Positions 57,487 to 64,000 of a stretch of DNA of 64,000 bases are shown piece by piece. The notes below the pieces were generated by a model. That model had not been told where the DNA came from. It saw only the letters and a program-made list of their open reading frames with translations, and did no database searches. Position 1 is the stretch's first letter, and each line of letters starts with the position of its first letter. Origin of the DNA: Candidatus Poseidoniaceae archaeon (GTDB lineage Archaea; Thermoplasmatota; Poseidoniia; Poseidoniales; Poseidoniaceae); the NCBI GenBank assembly GCA_016777125.1, contig JADHSC010000005.1, forward strand, positions 6,345-70,344. Reading direction: 5' to 3'. A program made the translations under genes and the position numbers.

Positions 57487-58479
57487 ATGTCGGATATTAC
57501 AAAGAAAAGTATTCTCGAAGCAGATGGCCTGTATCACGTGTACGAATCCAAAGCTGAAGATGGAAACGTTGTCGCTTTGCGCGGTTTGTACATCAACATG
57601 AAAGAAGGTGAAGCAGTTGCGGTTGTAGGGCCTTCTGGGTCTGGAAAATCAACGCTTCTGAAATGTCTTGGAGGATTGATGAAACCAAGTGCAGGTTCAG
57701 TAACGCTTGATGGAAACAACATGACTCGACTGAAAGGAAAAGAGCTGGTACGATTACGTCAAAAGACAGTCTCCTTCATTTTCCAAGAAGGAAACCTTCT
57801 ACCTCATCTGAATGCAAGAGACAATGTGGCTGAACCGTTGCGAAATCAAGGTGTTCGTTCGAAAGAGGCACTGAAAAGAGCTGATGAAATGCTTGAGCGA
57901 CTAAGTATGCCTCATAGAGCGAAAGCCTTGCCAAAGATGCTCAGTGGTGGTGAGCAACAACGTGTTGCAATTGCACGTGCTCTTATCACCAATCCACGCC
58001 TCATCTTGGCTGACGAACCAACAGGTGCACTCGATCCTGTTACGGGACGAGCAGTTCTCGATATCTTCAAAGAATTGAATGAAACTGAAGGTGTTTCGTT
58101 CCTTATTGTAACACACTCGAAAGAAGTAGCCGCGTTTGCTAACAGAAGTCTTGAACTTCGAGATGGTCGATTCGTAGCAGAGCATGGTGCAGAAATCGAT
58201 GTTGAAGATTTGACTGAAGGACGAGAACTCCTTATCGATGACTTAGGAACTGTAACCTTGCCTCCTGATTTGCTTGTACGAATTGGAGGCTCAGGCCGCT
58301 ATTCTGTTGCACTTGCTGAGAGTGGAATGCTTACCTTACAAGGCGAATCATATTCGACAATTGGTGAACTTGTCCTTTCTGCATTCTGTCCTGCTTGTAA
58401 GCATGATTATGGGGACAGTGATGAACAGCAGTGCCCGTCTTGTGGTTCAAGCCGGCCAATGGTGGAGGCTTCTTCATGA
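57487..58479 (+). CDS. second ABC ATP-binding protein with C-terminal zinc-ribbon extension
   Basis: [23 protein letters not shown] and [12 protein letters not shown]-terminal [20 protein letters not shown]. Confidence 0.85.
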   Translation: MSDITKKSILEADGLYHVYESKAEDGNVVALRGLYINMKEGEAVAVVGPSGSGKSTLLKCLGGLMKPSAGSVTLDGNNMTRLKGKELVRLRQKTVSFIFQEGNLLPHLNARDNVAEPLRNQGVRSKEALKRADEMLERLSMPHRAKALPKMLSGGEQQRVAIARALITNPRLILADEPTGALDPVTGRAVLDIFKELNETEGVSFLIVTHSKEVAAFANRSLELRDGRFVAEHGAEIDVEDLTEGRELLIDDLGTVTLPPDLLVRIGGSGRYSVALAESGMLTLQGESYSTIGELVLSAFCPACKHDYGDSDEQQCPSCGSSRPMVEASS

Positions 58480-58775
58480 AACAAATCGTCTCATTTCTGA
58501 GTTATATCGAAGGATTTTCTGCATTGATTCTCTTTGCAGTTGCAATGCCAGTGAAGTATATTGGAGGAGATCCATCGCTTGTCTCTCTTGTTGGACAGAT
58601 TCATGGCTTCCTTTTCCTAGCCTTCCTCGGAGCACTCTTCTATGGAGTTGGAAGACACTGGAACATGACCGCTTTGTTTCATGGATTTATTGCAGCAGTC
58701 GTTCCAGCAGGACCGTTTCTGTTCGATGGAATGCTCATCAGTGGCGAGTATGATCTTGAAGAGAAATCAAACTGA
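58476..58775 (+). CDS. small three-TM membrane protein (DUF3817-like)
   Basis: ATGA overlap with the ABC ATPase. Sequence [50 protein letters not shown]. Confidence 0.5.
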   Translation: MKQIVSFLSYIEGFSALILFAVAMPVKYIGGDPSLVSLVGQIHGFLFLAFLGALFYGVGRHWNMTALFHGFIAAVVPAGPFLFDGMLISGEYDLEEKSN

Positions 58776-59129
58776 TTTGACGCCTTGTGGCCACAATACG
58801 AGAATGAGCGTTTTCCCTTTTGTTTTTGGAGTATGTGTTGATTCTGGATCCATCCAAACAATCGATCCTGTTGGATAAGTTCCGTCTTCATCCCAGACCT
58901 CTCCTTTGAGAACAACATACGCTTCACCACCTGGATGCATGTGGGGCATGAACGCATCCACTGTAACTTCAGAATCAGCTTCGTAGAGAACGAGTGAAGT
59001 CTTTTCTTCACGCTTGAGTTTACCTAAACGTACACCTGTTCCGAAATCTCTCCAAGAGATGTTTTCTTCGAGCCAATCCTCATCAATAGAAAATCCGAGC
59101 CATTGCGACATGTCGTGTGTAAAGACCAT
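58767..59129 (-). CDS. cupin-domain protein
   Basis: HMHPGGEAYVVLKGEVWDEDGTYPTGS is a cupin motif. Confidence 0.55.
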   Translation of the reverse strand: MVFTHDMSQWLGFSIDEDWLEENISWRDFGTGVRLGKLKREEKTSLVLYEADSEVTVDAFMPHMHPGGEAYVVLKGEVWDEDGTYPTGSIVWMDPESTHTPKTKGKTLILVLWPQGVKSV

Positions 59130-59182
59130 GTCACAGCCAAGAAGGCGCCTTTCAAGAGATATTCGGTGAAACTATCTCTTCA

Positions 59183-59420
59183 TCAAGCAGAAGCATCTTC
59201 CCAATACTTGGAAATTGTATTCGTGTCCTCAAGTTTCCCTTCGTGAATTTTTGTGACTTCTCCGTCTCCATTTACGAATAGGACCGTTCCAGGTGCTTTG
59301 ATGCCAATACTGGATTCTTCTATTCAGGCGGTTTATCTGGCGATTCATTCAGTTCTGAATACGATGCTGAAAGTATTGAATTTTCCTTATCGGCCCTTAG
59401 TGAAATCGTCTTTGAAGAAT
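59183..59420 (-). pseudogene. decayed thioredoxin-fold gene fragment (frameshifted, N-terminus missing)
   Basis: Minus-strand translation gives ...SELNESPDKPPE* in one frame. After a frameshift it continues EESSIGIKAPGTVLFVNGDGEVTKIHEGKLEDTNTISKYWEDASA*, which resembles the C-terminal beta-alpha of thioredoxin (GIRSIPTLLLFKNGE...). There is no CxxC-containing N-terminus. Local AT content is high. Confidence 0.3.
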
Positions 59421-59422
59421 TA

Positions 59423-59674
59423 GTGATTCCGTTCCTCTTAGTTCCGATTTACTTTGCAATTTTCTTCGCTAGGCGCAGCGAATACAAGAAGTGTCTCGCA
59501 GAGATTGAGGGTGCTAAATCATTGAAGCAACTTATCGAATTGGAGAGCAAGGTCAATCTCATGGTCAAGGAAAGGAAGATCAAAGTTTACCATGGACTTG
59601 TCTTGCGTAATGCTTTGGAAGAAAACGAATCGAAATACAAATCGCTAAAGAGATTCTCATATGAGGAAGAGTAG
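59423..59674 (+). CDS. small hypothetical protein (one TM + charged helix)
   Basis: 83-aa ORF in an AT-rich region. No similarity recognised. Confidence 0.3.
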   Translation: MIPFLLVPIYFAIFFARRSEYKKCLAEIEGAKSLKQLIELESKVNLMVKERKIKVYHGLVLRNALEENESKYKSLKRFSYEEE

Positions 59675-59797
59675 TCCCATCATTTCATCAACTCTGCGTT
59701 ATGGAGAGAGTTGAATATTCGATTCCTCTTAACGAAACGTTGTTTAATTCAGACTATATATGGAACTCTTATAACTCTAGGATAGGAGCGTGCTTAC

Positions 59798-60235
59798 ATG
59801 GAGATAAAGGAAATATTAGACCCAAAGAAGCTTTTAATCACAATTGGAACACTGGTCATTGCCATTTCGATACTTGGAATGGCAAACAGTGAAGACTGGG
59901 CTGAATGGGGTTGGGATGACGAACCAGTCGGAGAACACGATGCTGCATATGAACAAATGTGGGCATTACACATGTTACCTATTGGAGTAATGGCTATTGG
60001 AACTGGATTATTTGTCACAGGCAAATCTCTCGCTCAAATGTCTATGATTTCCTCTGCAGCAGTCGTGTTGATCATCGGCGGTGGAATGGGATACATGACA
60101 GGAGAGCATGGTTATGATGGCACTCCACCAGCCATCTGGCTGATTATACCTATTTTTACACTCTTATTGACTTTAATTCTTGGAATTGCAGGATATATGC
60201 TCTACAAGGATCTTGAAGAATCACAGGAGGCCTGA
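59798..60235 (+). CDS. hypothetical four-TM membrane protein
   Basis: GGAG upstream. Four hydrophobic helices. Confidence 0.5.
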   Translation: MEIKEILDPKKLLITIGTLVIAISILGMANSEDWAEWGWDDEPVGEHDAAYEQMWALHMLPIGVMAIGTGLFVTGKSLAQMSMISSAAVVLIIGGGMGYMTGEHGYDGTPPAIWLIIPIFTLLLTLILGIAGYMLYKDLEESQEA

Positions 60236-60237
60236 AT

Positions 60238-60936
60238 ATGAGTGATAGAAATCTAATTCCTTACTTCTTAGTGTTAGGTCCTCTTCTCCTTGTTGGGGCG
60301 TACGCGAACTGGCCTGCAGCAGATGCAATTGGTGAACGTGGAGCAAAATCTCTTATCGATAATGCAGATACGTTGATGCCGCTACTCATTGCTGCAACCC
60401 TTGGAACAATTCTGGTTCTTAGTGGCGTATACTTGCTGATCTCTGGTATGATGGAAAATGCATCAGGAATGAATAAGCAATTATTGAGTATTGCAAGTGT
60501 TCTCATCATACTTACGATGGCTTTCTTCATTGTTGGAATGGGCAGTAACGTTTCTGTCATAAATGCTGAGGATTACGATGTCGATCCAGAGGATGAATCA
60601 AACGCATTTGCGAGTGATGCCGATAAATTGGCATCGCAAAATGCTGCCTTTGAGACAGGAAACACAGTGTGGTCAATGTCAACTGTTACTTGGGGCCTTT
60701 CTCTCATCTTAATTGGACTCGTATCCTTCATGATGAATCGTCCAGAGTCTCCAATGGAGTACGTCTTGCCTGCATTAATGCCGGTTGGGACGCTCTTCCT
60801 TAGCCTTCCGATCATAAACAATCCAGAACTCTTTTCGATGGTTTTCCCAGTTGTCTTATTGGTTCACCTCATCATAGGTGGTCTCATGCTAGGTGGCAAG
60901 ATTTCAGTTCCTGGCGCAGTTGAAGAGAGTGCTTGA
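60238..60936 (+). CDS. hypothetical polytopic membrane protein
   Basis: Starts 3 nt after the previous gene. Six or more hydrophobic helices. Confidence 0.5.
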   Translation: MSDRNLIPYFLVLGPLLLVGAYANWPAADAIGERGAKSLIDNADTLMPLLIAATLGTILVLSGVYLLISGMMENASGMNKQLLSIASVLIILTMAFFIVGMGSNVSVINAEDYDVDPEDESNAFASDADKLASQNAAFETGNTVWSMSTVTWGLSLILIGLVSFMMNRPESPMEYVLPALMPVGTLFLSLPIINNPELFSMVFPVVLLVHLIIGGLMLGGKISVPGAVEESA

Positions 60937-60937
60937 A

Positions 60938-61354
60938 ATGGATCAATTAAAGAAAATTCTTAATCCAAAAATTTGGCTCATCCTCACTGCTCTAATCCAT
61001 GCAGTGGTCGGGATTATTTTAGAGACAGATTGGAGTGATGATCCTCAAGTCTTAATTGGCGGTTTCATGCTACTTACATCGGTAACAATGTTGTACATTG
61101 CTTTCTTTATGCATGGACAAGAGCAAGCAAGATTGACAGCGGTAATCGCAGGTCCTGCTTGGGTTTGGTTCGTCGTTAGCGCTGCAATGGGTCTCACTTG
61201 GCAAATCGGATCTGGAGATTCAATGGAGATGACCTTTGCAGGAAGCATCCCTCCTTTGATTATCTGGGGATTAACTGCTCTTAGTGGTGTTCTGCACGGT
61301 AATTTTCAAGACATGATGTCAGGAACTGATGCGGTTGCAGAGGCTACTGAATAA
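60938..61354 (+). CDS. hypothetical four-TM membrane protein
   Basis: ATG lies 2 nt after the previous stop. MDQLKKILNPKIWLILTALIHAVVGIIL... Confidence 0.5.
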   Translation: MDQLKKILNPKIWLILTALIHAVVGIILETDWSDDPQVLIGGFMLLTSVTMLYIAFFMHGQEQARLTAVIAGPAWVWFVVSAAMGLTWQIGSGDSMEMTFAGSIPPLIIWGLTALSGVLHGNFQDMMSGTDAVAEATE

Positions 61355-61358
61355 ACAA

Positions 61359-61718
61359 TCAGATCCAAACATCGTTTGATGCTGTAAGTTCGCTTTCAGC
61401 CTCTCCTGTGTTAACGACGCCAGATGGTTCAATCAGCATCACTTTACACTCTTCGTGAGCGTAAGGACGGTGCTTCGTACCTTTTGGTACAACATACATT
61501 TCTCCTTGTGAGAGTTCCATAGTTTCTGATTCAAATTCGATGAACATTGTTCCTTCGATGACCAGGAAGAATTCATCGGTATCACCATGATCATGCCAAA
61601 CGAAGTCTCCCTTTAGTTTGACAATTTTAATCTGATAATTGTTGAGTTCTGAGATGATTTTCGGTGTCCAATGTTCCGAAAAGAGAGCAAATTTTTCTGA
61701 GAGATTTACTTTATTCAT
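61359..61718 (-). CDS. cupin-domain protein
   Basis: HDHGDTDEFFLVIEGTMFIEFESETMELSQGEMYVVPKGTKHRP is a cupin 2 barrel. Confidence 0.6.
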   Translation of the reverse strand: MNKVNLSEKFALFSEHWTPKIISELNNYQIKIVKLKGDFVWHDHGDTDEFFLVIEGTMFIEFESETMELSQGEMYVVPKGTKHRPYAHEECKVMLIEPSGVVNTGEAESELTASNDVWI

Positions 61719-61815
61719 TTCCTTCCACTAGTCGTCTCCAACAGGAATGTACTGATTGGTTTTTCCCGTAAATTGCGATGTATGGGTATATATCTCACTA
61801 TGAATACCCGTTAAT

Positions 61816-64000
61816 ATGGGTCGAAGGAGATTGATAGTTTCCTTGATGTTCCTTTTCTTGGTTTCATCATGGACGCCAGCAGTTGAAGATTCCCTTCAAG
61901 ACCTCCCTCATATCCAAGAGACGTTCTCGAATGATGTGAATGGTTCAGATGATTACACGGTTGTGTATCAGTTGGACATCCCTGATGAGGCTCAATACAA
62001 CAACGATCCAGTTCCATATTCAGTAGATTCAAGTTCAAGCATTGATTTCACCTTCGATCGAGTTGCTTACTATCTTGAATTAGAAAAGCCAAATGAGGCA
62101 CGAACCTGGGTCTTTGTCTCTTTCCCAAGTATGACCATGCATGCTGATGAATTAGGAGTTCCGACTTTTAACTCTGGAATCGTCCATAATCAACTCTTAA
62201 CAGATGTTGAAATCCAATCCAATCATCCGAATCTATCCTCACTTGGTGTAATCGATACTGGAGTCATCGAATTCTGGGGGACAAATTATGGCACTTCAAA
62301 CGACTTAGGAGTTCCAAATGGAGACGGTTCGAGTTATGACTTTGCAGACGCACAGTACAGTTCCAATTCAGCAGGTTACGGGAGTATGCAAGTGCACGAT
62401 TATGAATCGGGTCAAACGCTCTTTGCTTACAACGCGTGGGGTGGCTCAAATATCGATGATCTCGGGATAGGGAGTAATCCTGATCAAGAGGAAGACCCAG
62501 ACTGGACCTTTGCTTCGAATGCTGCCGAATACACCCTGAAAAGTATGACTGTTCTCGTGCGCTCAGGTCCTACACCATCCGATTTGATGCTTACAATAGA
62601 AGCTCCTGACAATCATCAAATTGTTCAACGAGATGAATACAATATAGGTATTTTTCCAGTAAGCGGTTCAACAGAATATACGGTTGATCTTATTGAAGGT
62701 CGATACATCACGCTTGAAACTGACTTTGAATCTGAATGGGTATCTGTCGCTGTTCCACTAAGTTCGAATTTCTATGGTTCGATTGAGGTTCCAACGGGAT
62801 GGCATCGTCTTGAATTCCGATTCATGGATGAGGGCAATCAGTTGGCACTACACACCGTAAATCCAGTTGGTGTAGGGGAAGTATTCATCGTTGCAGGCCA
62901 ATCCAACTCTGCAAACTCTGGTGATGCTCCACTTACGCCCACTGATTCAAGAGTAAGCACTTGGGGGCCGAGTGGCTGGCGTTTTGGATATGACCCACAA
63001 CCTGCTGCTACAGGAAACAGTGGCTCTCCGTGGCCAGTCGCTGGTGATTTACTTGCAAGTCGTTATGATGTACCAATTGGTTTCCTTTCTGTTGGTTTTG
63101 GCGGTACACAAGTCGATCGATGGGTACCAAGTCAGAATGACCTCTTTCCTCGTATTACAGATGCCCTAGATGCGGTTGAACCGAATGGAGCAAGAGCCAT
63201 CTTGTGGCACCAAGGAGAAAGCAATGCAGGTGGAACCGCTGCAGATGATTATGCACGAATGCTTGGAGAAGTCGTCCTTGGTAGTCGGGAGTATGCAGGC
63301 TATGAGATACCTTGGATTGTTGCTCGAGTGAGCTTTGTTCCGAATGGAGACCCTGTAAAGATGGGGTGGATTATTGAGGGTCAAAATGCAGTCATTGATG
63401 AGGATCCTTTGACATTCCCAGGCCCTCCTACAGATGACCTGAATGGTACACAATGGCGCTATGATACAATCCACTTCAATGAAGCAGGATTGCGTGAACA
63501 TGCCTCTCGTTGGGATTCAAGAATCGCAACAGCAATGACTGATTTGTTTCATCCAATTATTGATTCTGACGAAGATGGTGTAAACGATGATGAAGACCTT
63601 TGTCCAGATACACCCGTTTCAGCAGAAGTGTACGTTGACGGCTGCAGTGAAGAGCAACGACGTCCTGGAAGTACGACTGATTTAGATCAAGACGGAATCA
63701 TGGATGCGGATGATCTCTGCCAACAAACACCAATCGGAGAATCAGTCTATGCAGATGGCTGCAGCGATAGTCAACTTGATTCTGATGGAGATGGAGTCTC
63801 AGATGCGGATGATCTTTGCCCCTCATTCAATGATGCTATCGATCTCGATTTCGATTCAATACCAGACGGTTGTGACGACCTCATCGATCGAGATAATGAT
63901 GGCGTTTCGGATACTAATGACATCTGCAATAACTTTGATGATACCATCGATGTTGATTTGGATGGTATTCCAGATGGCTGTGATGATTTGATTGATTCAG
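61816..64000 (+). CDS. secreted sialate-O-acetylesterase-like (SASA/DUF303, SGNH-type) protein with thrombospondin type-3-like Ca-binding repeats; 3' end outside the window
   Basis: Signal peptide MGRRRLIVSLMFLFLVSSWTPAV. VFIVAGQSNSANSG...GGTQVDRW...ILWHQGESN...IHFN is the DUF303 signature. C-terminal DxDxDGxxDxxDLCP repeats. No stop codon before position 64000, so this ORF is absent from the supplied track. Confidence 0.7.
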   Translation, partial: MGRRRLIVSLMFLFLVSSWTPAVEDSLQDLPHIQETFSNDVNGSDDYTVVYQLDIPDEAQYNNDPVPYSVDSSSSIDFTFDRVAYYLELEKPNEARTWVFVSFPSMTMHADELGVPTFNSGIVHNQLLTDVEIQSNHPNLSSLGVIDTGVIEFWGTNYGTSNDLGVPNGDGSSYDFADAQYSSNSAGYGSMQVHDYESGQTLFAYNAWGGSNIDDLGIGSNPDQEEDPDWTFASNAAEYTLKSMTVLVRSGPTPSDLMLTIEAPDNHQIVQRDEYNIGIFPVSGSTEYTVDLIEGRYITLETDFESEWVSVAVPLSSNFYGSIEVPTGWHRLEFRFMDEGNQLALHTVNPVGVGEVFIVAGQSNSANSGDAPLTPTDSRVSTWGPSGWRFGYDPQPAATGNSGSPWPVAGDLLASRYDVPIGFLSVGFGGTQVDRWVPSQNDLFPRITDALDAVEPNGARAILWHQGESNAGGTAADDYARMLGEVVLGSREYAGYEIPWIVARVSFVPNGDPVKMGWIIEGQNAVIDEDPLTFPGPPTDDLNGTQWRYDTIHFNEAGLREHASRWDSRIATAMTDLFHPIIDSDEDGVNDDEDLCPDTPVSAEVYVDGCSEEQRRPGSTTDLDQDGIMDADDLCQQTPIGESVYADGCSDSQLDSDGDGVSDADDLCPSFNDAIDLDFDSIPDGCDDLIDRDNDGVSDTNDICNNFDDTIDVDLDGIPDGCDDLIDS

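Noticed and set aside
1-64000. Nanohaloarchaeal (DPANN) origin suggested by low GC plus acidic proteins
   Set aside because: A complete 11-subunit nuo operon, a full ribosomal and translation gene set, and large genes argue for a free-living haloarchaeon.

Overview
This 64-kb window reads as a chromosomal segment from a halophilic archaeon (class Halobacteria). Predicted proteins are strongly acidic, with poly-Asp/Glu tails. Internal ribosome-binding sites match the haloarchaeal 16S 3' end (GAGGTGAT). The nuo operon is the archaeal 11-subunit type with split nuoJ1/nuoJ2 and no nuoEFG. GC is visibly lower than in most haloarchaea, which fits a Haloquadratum-like lineage; this is inference, not a database match. 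From start to end the window holds: the 3' end of rpl15e; a PRC-barrel-like small gene; an RNase Z-like MBL hydrolase; a ~15-kb tandem array of giant secreted or membrane-anchored surface proteins (PKD-repeat protein, a 1556-aa orphan acidic protein with a coupled small membrane protein, a subtilisin-CARDB giant, and another CARDB-like protein); and the nuoABCDHIJ1J2KLMN operon, in which NuoI carries a long Lys/Ala/Glu linker plus helix-hairpin-helix extension and NuoL a His/Asp-rich loop. It continues with aIF-1A carrying a eukaryote-like poly-acidic tail, Rio1 kinase and a convergent KH-domain protein. Two more surface proteins follow, then a lipoprotein, a Cas4-family nuclease interrupted by four transmembrane helices, rps2, tRNA-dihydrouridine synthase, three wHTH/HxlR regulators, and a FadB-like dehydrogenase/hydratase. 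On the minus strand sits a co-oriented block: Taw1 (tRNA wyosine radical-SAM), a minimal E1-like adenylyltransferase, a JAMM metalloprotease and a small helical protein. Downstream are a PiT phosphate transporter fused to a PhoU/DUF47-like domain, a divergent AbrB-PhoU regulator, two tiny tandem paralogous ORFs in an AT-rich patch, an AlkB-like membrane hydroxylase, GDP-mannose 4,6-dehydratase, and an ABC system (ATPase, double-FtsX permease with a pentapeptide-repeat ectodomain, second ATPase with a zinc ribbon). The window ends with a decayed thioredoxin-like pseudogene, three small membrane proteins, cupins, and a 3'-truncated secreted SASA/DUF303 acetylesterase with thrombospondin-3-like Ca-binding repeats. 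I found no tRNA, rRNA, CRISPR array or obvious transposase. Three candidates look most novel: (i) the membrane-embedded Cas4-like nuclease; (ii) the Taw1-E1-JAMM-small-protein module; (iii) the recurring architecture of giant surface proteins whose cytoplasmic tails end in zinc ribbons.
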